Assembly: GCF_000940845.1 (NCBI RefSeq)
Contig: NZ_CP010341.1
Span: 2,550,001 to 2,582,000, forward strand
Source of the DNA: Propionibacterium freudenreichii subsp. freudenreichii
GTDB lineage: Bacteria > Actinomycetota > Actinomycetes > Propionibacteriales > Propionibacteriaceae
Direction of reading: 5' to 3'
Length of the DNA stretch: 32,000 nt
The notes under the pieces were generated by a model, which was not told the DNA's origin, searched no databases, and worked only from the letters and a program-made list of their open reading frames with translations. The translations under genes were made by a program, and so were the position numbers. The number at the start of each line of letters is the position of its first letter. The first letter of the stretch is position 1. This document shows, piece after piece, positions 1 to 7,821 of the stretch.

Positions 1-1163
1 ACCACCCGTCGGCGGTCGAGGTGCCCGCCGGGAACCGCCTGGTGGTCCAGCTCCACAATGCCGATCCGGAGCAGACCCACGACCTCTACTTCCCCTCCGG
101 TGCGGCCTCGAGGCGGCTGGCCCCCGGGCAGAGCCAGACCGTGGACGCCGGAGTCATCAGCGCCCCCACCCAGGGGTGGTGCACCATCGTGGGCCACCGC
201 TCGATGGGCATGGAGCTCGAGGTGACGGTCGGCGGCGCCTCCGCCTCCCAGGGCGGATCCTCGGCGGCAACGTCCACCCGCCGGAAGATCGACCTCACCA
301 AGGCGCCCGGTGCGGGTTTCCGCACCCGTGACGCCAGGCTCCCGGCCCTGCTGGCCGGGCGTGATCACACAATGACCCTCACGGTCACCGAGTCCACCCA
401 GGAGGTGGCCCCTGGCGCCACGATCCGCGCCATGACCTACAACGGGCGGGTGATGGGACCGGCGATCCACGCCCGGATCGGCGACACCATGGACGTCCAC
501 CTGGTCAACCGCGGCTCGATGGGCCACTCGATCGACTTCCACGCCGGGACCGTCTCCCCCAATGCCGTGATGCGCACCATCTCGCCGGGAGCGTCCCTGG
601 ACTACCGCTTCACTCTGCACCGGTCGGGCGTCTGGCTGTACCACTGCTCGACGATGCCGATGAGCTCGCACATCGCCGCTGGCATGTACGGGGCGGTCGT
701 CGTGCCTCCCCACGACCTGGCCCGCGCCGACCGCGAGTACCTGCTGGTGCAGTCGGAGACCTACCTCGATTCAGCCAACGGCAAGGAGGTCGACGCCGAC
801 AAGATCGCGGCCGAGACCCCCGATCTCACGATGTTCAACGGCCACGCCAACCAGTACGTCTTCGCCCCACTGACCGCGAAGGTCGGGGAGCGGGTGAGGA
901 TCTGGGTTCTGGCCGCAGGCCCGAGTCGTGGTATCTCATTCCATGTGGTGGGTACCCAGTTCGACACGGTCTTCAAGGAGGGCGCCTACCTGCTGCGCCC
1001 CGACAACGCCGAGGGCGGCGGGGCCCAGGCCCTGGATCTGGCCAGCGCCCAGGGAGGATTCGTGGAGATGGTCTTCGAGGAACCGGGCCGCTACACCTTC
1101 GTCAACCACTCCTTCGTCGAGATGGAGCGCGGGGCGAGGGGACTCATCGAGGTGATCTCATGA
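1..1163 (+). CDS. NirK-type (copper nitrite reductase-like) multicopper oxidase with an N-terminal cupredoxin module; 5' end lies outside the window
   Basis: ORF 21..1163 stays open back to base 3, with no upstream stop. WCTIVGHRSMGM is a type-1 Cu Cys/His/Met pattern. HSIDFHAG and LYHCSTMPMSSHIAAGMYG match the copper-ligand blocks of NirK-like two-domain MCOs. Confidence 0.75.
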   Translation, partial: HPSAVEVPAGNRLVVQLHNADPEQTHDLYFPSGAASRRLAPGQSQTVDAGVISAPTQGWCTIVGHRSMGMELEVTVGGASASQGGSSAATSTRRKIDLTKAPGAGFRTRDARLPALLAGRDHTMTLTVTESTQEVAPGATIRAMTYNGRVMGPAIHARIGDTMDVHLVNRGSMGHSIDFHAGTVSPNAVMRTISPGASLDYRFTLHRSGVWLYHCSTMPMSSHIAAGMYGAVVVPPHDLARADREYLLVQSETYLDSANGKEVDADKIAAETPDLTMFNGHANQYVFAPLTAKVGERVRIWVLAAGPSRGISFHVVGTQFDTVFKEGAYLLRPDNAEGGGAQALDLASAQGGFVEMVFEEPGRYTFVNHSFVEMERGARGLIEVIS

Positions 1164-1789
1164 CCGAGAATCAGCACACACTCACCGATCCCGGGGCCGA
1201 TTCTCCGGCCGACCGGGTCGTCGAGGCCCTCAGGCGCCGTGGCGGCACGGCCTCGGCCGCCGAGGTGGGCGCCGATCTGGGCATCCACGTCTCGACGGCG
1301 CGCTTCCACCTGGACCATCTGGTCGAGGACGGACGCGCCCGGTCGGGTCGCGAGAAGCGCGCCACCCGCGGGCGCCCGCGCACCATGTTCACCCTGACCC
1401 CCGACCCGAAGGAGGGGCCGAGGGCCTACCAGATGCTCGCCGGGGTGCTCGTCGACCACCTGTCGCGGCAGGACGACGCCGTCGCCCTGGCCCACCAGGC
1501 CGGGGTGGAGTGGGGACGTCGGTACGCAGGTGTCGACGTCACCGAGATCCTTGAACAGATCGGCTTCGCCCCTTGCACGACCCTGGTGGACGACGACCAG
1601 GATGAGGGCCCGGACGGCGAGGCACGGATCGCACTGCGCCACTGCCCCTTCATCGACGTCGTCCAGGAGCATGCGGCCCTGCTCTGTCCGCTGCACCGCG
1701 GCGTCGTCGAGGGGGTCGTGGGCCATCCGGTGACTCTGGAGGCCCACCCCGGCGCAACCTGCTACGTCGATCTGGAGCAGGCCGGCTGA
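1160..1789 (+). CDS. wHTH transcriptional regulator (ArsR-like, COG2345-type) with a C-terminal Cys pair, probably metal-responsive
   Basis: Its ATG overlaps the oxidase stop (ATGA at 1160-1163). The N-terminal wHTH reads AAEVGADLGIHVSTARFHLDHLVEDG. The C-terminus carries RHCPF...LLCPLH cysteines. Confidence 0.6.
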   Translation: MTENQHTLTDPGADSPADRVVEALRRRGGTASAAEVGADLGIHVSTARFHLDHLVEDGRARSGREKRATRGRPRTMFTLTPDPKEGPRAYQMLAGVLVDHLSRQDDAVALAHQAGVEWGRRYAGVDVTEILEQIGFAPCTTLVDDDQDEGPDGEARIALRHCPFIDVVQEHAALLCPLHRGVVEGVVGHPVTLEAHPGATCYVDLEQAG

Positions 1790-2140
1790 TCCGCGGGAAA
1801 GCACCATACCCGCGCCTCGTGAGCGCGAGGTACCGCCTCTGAGAACCGCGATGTTTGCGCAATCTCTCACACGGTCATATGCTCCTGGTCATGACTGACG
1901 CACGTATCTCGCTGGGCAGCTCTGCTTCTGCTCTGCGAATGTGTTGTCCCTGCAGCCTGTGATCCTGCGCCTGTGACGGTGCATCACCGGTAAGTCAATT
2001 CTCCGAAGCTTCACAGCGGGAGGCGTCTCTGCGCCTCCACGCAGCTTCTCACCTTTTCTGCAGCGGCCCGCATGTGCGCAGTGACCACCACGATCTGCTC
2101 CTGAGGGCGGCGTTCTGCATGCCCTTCAGGAGCCGAACCT

Positions 2141-3124
2141 GTGGTCAGACTCATCCTCAGACGAATCGCCGGCTGGGCGGCGATGATCGTCGTCGCCACC
2201 AATGCCACGTATTTCCTCGCGGTGGCATTCCTCGATCCCCGATCCAACTACCGGGACACCCGCCCCGTCCCCAGCGAGATCCATATCGACCAGGCCCTGG
2301 CTCCCTACAACCTCGACCCGAGGGTTCCCGTCCTGGAACGCTGGTGGCACTGGCTCAGCGACATCGTGCTGCACTTCGACTGGGGACGCTCCCCCACCGG
2401 TGGATCGGTCAACGCGGAGGTCGGGTACCGGGTCTTCACCAGCGCCGAACTGGTCCTACTGGCCACCGTCCTGTCGGTGGTCATCGGGGTGGGCCTGGGC
2501 GTGGTGAGCGCGCTTCACCAGTACCGACCTGCCGATCGCATCCTGCAGAGTGTCTCCGTCATCCTCTACAACGTTCCGACCGTAGTGGCGGCCCTGTTCC
2601 TAGTGTTCGGGGCGATCCGCCTCAATGACGCCGTCGGCCGGCGCATCTTCTTCGTCACCGGCTCCAGCTCCCCCGACGTCACCGGCTTCTGGGCCACCCT
2701 GGGCGACACCCTCGCCCACCTCCTGCTGCCGACGATCTGTCTCACCGTGCTCGGCTACGTCGGCTACCACCTGACCCAGCGGTCCCTGCTCCTGGACACC
2801 ATCAATGCCGACTTCGTGCGCACCGCCCGGGCCACCGGGCTCACCCGCGCCCAGGCCGTCCGGCGGCACGCTCTGAGGGCCTCGCTCATCCCCACCGCCA
2901 CCTCCGTCGCCTTCTCCATCCCCGGTATTTTCACCGGAGCGGTCCTCACCGAGAGCATCTTCGGCTGGCACGGCATGGGCGAGTACTTCACATTGACCCT
3001 CAGCAAGAATGATGTTCACGGCGTGGTCGCCGTCGCTGCCTTCGGGGCACTCATGACGGCGATCGGCGCCGTTCTCGCCGATATCGCCACCGCATTCCTC
3101 GACCCGAGAGTGAGGCTACGATGA
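2141..3124 (+). CDS. ABC transporter permease, peptide/nickel (DppB/OppB) type
   Basis: GTG start preceded by caggagc. The N-terminus VVRLILRRIAGW is typical of this family. The EAA-loop region reads ARATGLTRAQAVRRHALRASLIPTAT...LTESIFGWHGMGEY. Confidence 0.8.
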   Translation: MVRLILRRIAGWAAMIVVATNATYFLAVAFLDPRSNYRDTRPVPSEIHIDQALAPYNLDPRVPVLERWWHWLSDIVLHFDWGRSPTGGSVNAEVGYRVFTSAELVLLATVLSVVIGVGLGVVSALHQYRPADRILQSVSVILYNVPTVVAALFLVFGAIRLNDAVGRRIFFVTGSSSPDVTGFWATLGDTLAHLLLPTICLTVLGYVGYHLTQRSLLLDTINADFVRTARATGLTRAQAVRRHALRASLIPTATSVAFSIPGIFTGAVLTESIFGWHGMGEYFTLTLSKNDVHGVVAVAAFGALMTAIGAVLADIATAFLDPRVRLR

Positions 3125-3125
3125 C

Positions 3126-3512
3126 GGGCTCTTCACGAACGAGGGTGTAGCGCGGGTCTGAATCCGCCGGCTTCGAGCAGCGACCGAGCGATGTAGTGGC
3201 TGAGGTTGCGGAAGCCGAGGGCCGTGCCGCGGAGGTGTTCGAGTCGGCCGTTGATCGCTTCGGTGGGGCCGTTGCTGGTGCCGGGGCGGTCGAAGTAGCC
3301 GAGCACGTCCGAAGCGCGCTGTGTGAGGGTGCGGGCGAGTTTGCGGATCTCGACGAGCTGCTCCGGGACGCTGGCGCTGATCTTGTCGATCGTGTGCGCG
3401 AGGAAGAATCTGCCCAGGCCGCGGTCCTTGTCCCGGTAGGCGGTGATCATGTCTTGGTAGATGCCCCACGTCGCTTCGACCTCGACGTGCCTGTCGTCGG
3501 CGAACAGGGCAT
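3126..3512 (-). mobile_element. ISL3-family IS remnant: one terminal inverted repeat plus the 3' part of the transposase gene
   Basis: The terminal sequence gggctcttcacgaacgagggtgtagcgc (3126-3153) is an ISL3-type IR (GGCTCTTC...). It starts 2 bp after the permease stop. The element body is cut at 3512 by the IS481 copy. Confidence 0.7.
3133..3512 (-). pseudogene. ISL3-family transposase, C-terminal ~126 codons only
   Basis: Translation DALFADDRHVEVEATWGIYQDMITAYR...GPTEAINGRLEHLRGTALGFRNLSHYIARSLLEAGGF matches the conserved ISL3 transposase C-terminus. No N-terminal part is present. The ORF-track extension to 3684 reads through IS481 DNA. Confidence 0.7.
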
Positions 3513-4640
3513 CTAGCTGTTGTGGGTCATGACGTTGTGGTCGCTGGGGTGGGGATAGAAGGAACGGGCCCCTGACCGGCACGATGGGTGGTGCTGAAGC
3601 CATGCATCTGCTGGGAGGAGACCCGTTCCATGACCCACCGTAATGCCCCGTTGACCGTGCTCGGAAGACAGCGTGCTGTCGCACAGGTCCTCGAGAGAGG
3701 ACGCCCGATCGCGCACGTCGCGCAGGAGTTCCACATCGCCCGCTCGACCCTGTCGAAGTGGGTCGCCCGCTATCGCAAGCACGGCCAGACAGGACTGGTA
3801 GACCGCTCGAGCGCTCCCGCGCACCGGCCTACGCGATTGCCCGCGCAGGTCGTGGAACTGATCGAGGACTGGAGGCGGGAGAAGAAGTGGTCCGCCCGCC
3901 GGATCGCACGGGAACTCGCCGACGGCCACGGGTTCCGCTGCTGCGTGCGCACGGTGACGCGCTGGCTGGACCGCCTGGGTCTGAACCGGATCCGCGACAT
4001 CACCCCGGACGGCAAGGATCTCCGCCGGCCGGGGAAGATCATCGCCCGCTATCCCGGGCACATGGTCCACATGGACGTGAAGAAGGTCGGGAAGATCCCA
4101 GACGGCGGCGGCTGGAGAGTCCATGGCCGCGGCAGCGAGCAGGCCCTGGCCGGCAAACGCGCTCACAAGCAGAAGGTCGGCTACGCCTACCTCCACTCCA
4201 TGATCGACGGCTTCTCCCGCTTGGCCTACACTGAAGTCCTGCCCGATGAGAAAGCAGCCACCACAACTGGGTTCTTCCATCGCGCAAGGGTGTTCTTCGC
4301 CGCGCACGGCATCAGCAGGATCACGCGTCTGGTCACGGACAACGGCAGCAACTATCGCGCCGCGTCGTTCGCCCAGTCGACCAGGGCGTTCGTCTCCCGC
4401 CACCAGCGGACCCGGCCCTACACGCCCCGACACAACGGGAAGGTCGAGCGCTACCAGCGGATCCTCACCGACGAGTGCCTCTATGCCCGCGACTACGCCT
4501 CCGAGAAGGAGCGAGTCGAGGCGCTCGGCGTCTGGAACCACCACTACAACTACCATCGGCCCCACACCGCCTGCGGCGACCAGCCCCCGGCCTCACGCCT
4601 CCACACCGGCGTCGACAACGTCATGACCAACTACACCTAG
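3513..4640 (+). mobile_element. IS481-family insertion sequence, copy 1 (apparently intact)
   Basis: Imperfect terminal IRs: ctgttgtgggtcatgacgttgtggtc (3517-) against the reverse complement of the right end, gtgtagttggtcatgacgttgtcgac (-4636); 21/26 match. CTAG sits immediately outside both ends (3513-3516 and 4637-4640). Confidence 0.85.
3630..4640 (+). CDS. IS481-family DDE transposase
   Basis: ATG at 3630 preceded by gggaggag. N-terminal HTH, then DDE blocks HMVHMDVKK, LVTDNGSNY and HNGKVERY, and the C-terminal YNYHRPH motif. Confidence 0.9.
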   Translation: MTHRNAPLTVLGRQRAVAQVLERGRPIAHVAQEFHIARSTLSKWVARYRKHGQTGLVDRSSAPAHRPTRLPAQVVELIEDWRREKKWSARRIARELADGHGFRCCVRTVTRWLDRLGLNRIRDITPDGKDLRRPGKIIARYPGHMVHMDVKKVGKIPDGGGWRVHGRGSEQALAGKRAHKQKVGYAYLHSMIDGFSRLAYTEVLPDEKAATTTGFFHRARVFFAAHGISRITRLVTDNGSNYRAASFAQSTRAFVSRHQRTRPYTPRHNGKVERYQRILTDECLYARDYASEKERVEALGVWNHHYNYHRPHTACGDQPPASRLHTGVDNVMTNYT

Positions 4641-5029
4641 ATCGCTACGCCGATGGCCAGCATGACGACGCCGAGGGCGGGCACGACGCCCTGCTTCAGC
4701 GCGGCGGCGGCCTTGTCGGGGCTGGACAGGATCAGCACGAGCGCGGCGCCCACCATCGAGCCAGCCCCGGTGAAGATGAGGGTCAGCGCGATCGAGTCCT
4801 GCCCGATCGCGAAGAAGATGATGCCGAGGATGACCGCGACCGCGAGGAAGAGGTTGTAGAACCCCTGGTTGAACGCCAGCGCCTTGGTCGCCGGCGCGGC
4901 GGCCTCGTCCTCGGTGGCGCCGAAGGTCTTCCTAGCCGCGGCGGACGTCCACGCGATCGACTCCATGTAGAAGATGTAGACGTGGATGAGCGCGGCGATG
5001 CCCGCGAGTACGAGTCCGGCGATGATCAT
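4637..5029 (-). CDS. DUF1304-family small membrane protein
   Basis: ATG at 5029 with gaaggat upstream; 130 aa. The motifs HVYIFYMESIAW and AFNQGFYNLFLA are the hallmark DUF1304 blocks. Its TAG stop is the CTAG that abuts the IS481 right end. Confidence 0.75.
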   Translation of the reverse strand: MIIAGLVLAGIAALIHVYIFYMESIAWTSAAARKTFGATEDEAAAPATKALAFNQGFYNLFLAVAVILGIIFFAIGQDSIALTLIFTGAGSMVGAALVLILSSPDKAAAALKQGVVPALGVVMLAIGVAI

Positions 5030-5184
5030 GGCGGGGATCCTTCTGGTTGGGGTCAGCGGAGGGGTTGATGTCCAAAGCCTATTTCGCCTCGTGCTTGGCC
5101 AGCGCTGCGACGAGGTCGTCCCGTTCGCGGCGCAGCGCGACCTGGAAGAGCTCGTGATCGTCGAGGGCGCGGGCGAGGACGATG

Positions 5185-5271
5185 CCGCCCGGCATTGGAC
5201 GGCAACAGCGGAGCGATCCGCTTCCACTGCGCATCCGTGAACACCCGATATCGAGAACCCGTCGACCTCAC
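5185..5271 (-). pseudogene. Stub of an IS5/IS1182-type transposase (DUF4096-like N-terminus)
   Basis: Translation RYRVFTDAQWKRIAPLLPSNAGR matches the conserved xLTDxQWxxIxPLLP N-terminus of IS5-family OrfA proteins. Similarity stops after about 28 codons. The GTG start overlaps the umuC stop (GTGA). Confidence 0.4.
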
Positions 5272-6056
5272 CCCACCAGACTGCCGCGAACCTCACGATG
5301 CATATGGGAGACACGCCCTAGTTCGGCCCAGTGGGTGGTGCCCCGGTTGGACAGCATCTCGCGGCGCATCTGCCAGTCCGGGGGAGCTGTGATCCCGGCC
5401 CATCCCAGGCCCAGGGCCCCGCGCCCGCAGGCGGCGTTGACCCGATCGACCAAGGCGCCCAGGCGGGCCAGGCGAGGGTCGGGGGAGAAGGGGTCGAGCA
5501 TCGGCTGGGCGCCTGCCGGGGCCAGGTCCAGCAGCGAGATCCCGGCCCGGACGTACCGGCGGCCGGGCTCGATGCGATCCAGCAGCAGATCGCAGGCCGC
5601 CTTGACGATGGTCACCGGATCATCGGCGGGGTGGGGGAGCCGCCCGGCCACACTGATCTGGTGGACGGGTTCGACGTACCAGCTCGTGGAGGCGAAGACC
5701 CACAGGCCGGCAGCCACCGAGTGCTGGTGACGCAGCCGCGTGGCGGCCTGCTGGGCATAGATCGCCAGAACCTGATGCATCTGGGTCCGGTCGGTCACCG
5801 GTGTGGAGAACGACCGGGAGAACATGATCTGCCCCGTCCGCACGGCGTCCCTGTCATCGACGTCGATGCAGTCGGTGCCGCGCAACTCCAGGATCGTGCG
5901 GGCCAGGTTCACGTTGAACCGTCGGCGCATCACCGCAGGGTCGGCATCGCGTAGCTGGCGGGCAGTGCGGATACCCATCGAGGCCAGCCGGGAGTCCAGG
6001 CGCCGGCCCACACCCCACAGGTCGGCGACCGGGGTCGCCTCCAGGATCGCGTCGAC
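5268..6056 (-). pseudogene. umuC: Y-family translesion polymerase UmuC, missing roughly the N-terminal catalytic third
   Basis: The frame is open from 6056 and reads VDAILEATPVADLWGVGRRLDSRLASMGIRTARQL...MRREMLSNRGTTHWAEL, which covers UmuC from the PVxDxWGVGRR block to the C-terminal MxREMLSPxYTTxW block. A stop (the CTAG at 6057-6060) and the 51-bp repeat replace the N-terminal part. No umuD is present. Confidence 0.75.
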
Positions 6057-6060
6057 CTAG

Positions 6061-6111
6061 TGGGCCTACCCTGGTTTTTCGGACACCTGATGTGGCGGGG
6101 CCTGGTGGCCC
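6061..6111. repeat. Left copy of a perfect 51-bp inverted repeat
   Basis: tgggcctaccctggtttttcggacacctgatgtggcggggcctggtggccc is the exact reverse complement of 7733-7783. Confidence 0.95.
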
Positions 6112-6356
6112 TGCCCAGTTGCTCGGACTCGTCGCGGGTGGGAAGGATGCCGGCAACTCGGAACTCGAGAAGGCGGGATCCCATGAGACCGGCGCCGGCT
6201 TCCCCGTTACCTGGCGCACTGACACCGATCACCAGGGCTTCTGAGCCTCGGACGAGTTCAGGGCACTCGACATACCCCAACGACATACCCCAACTCGATC
6301 TGTCGGCCAGACAGTGCATGATGTTCAGAGAAGTCCGACCGAAGGGATCCTCACCC

Positions 6357-7337
6357 ATGCCCAATCCCGTACACGACATCGACGCAGGCGGCCAGCCGAT
6401 GGATAAGTATGACGCTCGAGTATGGAAGTCGCTGAACGAGTTCTGGGAGAAGAAGAGTGATCCCCAGACCCTGACGAACCGAGCCGCCGCGGCGCTTCAG
6501 CACGGCGGTGCAGCTGTCGAAGGAGCCGCCAAGAAGGCCACCGGCGCCATCCCTGAGATGGTGAAACAGCCGATCCGTCACGTCAGTGACGCGGCTGGAG
6601 AGAAAGTCATGGAGCCGGTGGCTAAATCGGTGGTTCACCTGCTCGATCTGGTTAATTCATGGGCCCTCGATCTCAATGATCCGAGCTGGGTCGTGACCCA
6701 CGCGCAAAAGCAGGGGCTGTGCATCGATGCCTTCACCGAGCTGCATGATGCCGATCTCAAGTTCTGCGACAGACTGCTCGATCGCAGTACCTTGACGTGG
6801 CGCACGGTCGGTGCGCTCGAAGGTGGTGCCATGGGTGCTCTCGCAATGGTGCCCATTGCAGGAACTGTCGCCTCAATCAGTGCGGACATCATCGTCATCC
6901 AAGTGCTGAGTACTGCCATAGCTGCCCGGGTGGCGTACTCCTACGGTTTCGACGCGAAGGATCCGGACGAGCAGAGGTTCATCCAGCGTCTCGTGAACCG
7001 AACTTTCATGGCCCAAGCGGCCAAGACGCAGCCGATGGCGCAGGTTGGTAAAGCCGCCGGTGCAATCAAAGGGCGCGTGCACTGGTCCGATAAACTCCGC
7101 AACGATCACCAGATCATCAAGAATCTTGAGAAGCTCATGAATCTCACTGGAACGAATGGTGGGAAGGTCGGCGTCCAGAGTGTCGGAAAAGCTGTTCCAG
7201 TAGTTGGCGTGCTTCTCGGAGCAGGAACGAACTCCGCAGTGCTAGGCAACGTAGCGGCTGATGCCAAGCGTTACTGTCAGACCCGGTTCTTGTGTGAGAA
7301 GTACGGTCTACAAACCCCCTCCGCCTTGGACTTCTAG
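6357..7337 (+). CDS. EcsC-family protein
   Basis: ATG at 6357 preceded by gaaggga. The core GALEGGAMGALAMVPIAGTVASISADIIVIQVLSTAIAARVAYSYGFDAKDPDEQRFIQRLV looks like the EcsC family signature. GC is markedly lower than in the flanks: a manual count of one 60-nt sample gave 28/60. Confidence 0.6.
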   Translation: MPNPVHDIDAGGQPMDKYDARVWKSLNEFWEKKSDPQTLTNRAAAALQHGGAAVEGAAKKATGAIPEMVKQPIRHVSDAAGEKVMEPVAKSVVHLLDLVNSWALDLNDPSWVVTHAQKQGLCIDAFTELHDADLKFCDRLLDRSTLTWRTVGALEGGAMGALAMVPIAGTVASISADIIVIQVLSTAIAARVAYSYGFDAKDPDEQRFIQRLVNRTFMAQAAKTQPMAQVGKAAGAIKGRVHWSDKLRNDHQIIKNLEKLMNLTGTNGGKVGVQSVGKAVPVVGVLLGAGTNSAVLGNVAADAKRYCQTRFLCEKYGLQTPSALDF

Positions 7338-7732
7338 GGGATCCAAAAGAGCGGTAGCCATCGACACCATGGGCATGCCCACCGAATCGGTGTCCAGTTC
7401 GGCAACCGTCCCGGCTCCCTGCGGTTCACGACCCCAGCAGCCGGGCCCGCTACTGAAACGATCACTCCCACATCCGGCCACGGACCGCCCGGTACGCCCT
7501 CGCAGATCTGCACGAGAGCGATCACGAACCCCGGGGCGCAGGTGAACTGCTCCGCACGCCCCACGACTCCCGGCATCCCCACCGACTCGGCCTCCACCGC
7601 CTCGCAACGGGCGGCAGAGCTGAAGTAGCGACTCCGGGCCCGGTCGGGGCCCCTGGAGCCCGGTCAGATGTGGTCCCGCTGAGGTGGTGGCGGATCCTGG
7701 TTCGACTACGGACCAGCATCCGCCACACTCTC

Positions 7733-7783
7733 GGGCCACCAGGCCCCGCCACATCAGGTGTCCGAAAAACCAGGGTAGGCCCA
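7733..7783. repeat. Right copy of the perfect 51-bp inverted repeat
   Basis: gggccaccaggccccgccacatcaggtgtccgaaaaaccagggtaggccca. Identity with the left copy stops exactly at both repeat ends. Confidence 0.95.
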
Positions 7784-7821
7784 GTCGGTGGTCGGTCTGC
7801 TGTTGGTCCGGGAAAGAGCTT

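Larger units (their letters stand above)
6061..7783. mobile_element. Candidate non-autonomous element: 1,723-bp segment delimited by the 51-bp inverted repeats (the alternative reading is two outward-facing Tn3-type ends)
   Basis: The TG...CA termini, perfect TIRs and truncated genes abutting both outer edges support an element. No transposase ORF lies inside. Polarity is ambiguous; see findings. Confidence 0.45.

Noticed and set aside
1880-1900. ctggtcatgactgacg resembling the IS481 copy-1 IR core (ggtcatgacgttgt)
   Set aside because: The match is only about 10 nt with no further similarity. It is too short to call a solo IR.
2074-2628. Alternative-frame plus ORFs overlapping the permease start (2074..2628, 2202..2507)
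   Set aside because: They are Arg/Pro-rich with no motifs. The 2141 frame gives a textbook DppB-type permease.
3513-4565. 350-aa minus-strand ORF
   Set aside because: It is antisense to the IS481 transposase, whose DDE motifs are on the plus strand.
5079-5190. Minus-strand frame reading GGIVLARALDDHELFQVALRRERDDLVAALAKHEAK followed by a stop
   Set aside because: It looks protein-like and might be the tail of a lost gene upstream of DUF1304. It has no start, no recognisable family, and is too short to support.
6060-6356. N-terminal 99-codon extension of the EcsC-like ORF
   Set aside because: It would start inside the 51-bp inverted repeat and reads as Arg/Pro/Ser-rich junk. An ATG with an RBS-like gaaggga at 6357 fits the EcsC family N-terminus better.
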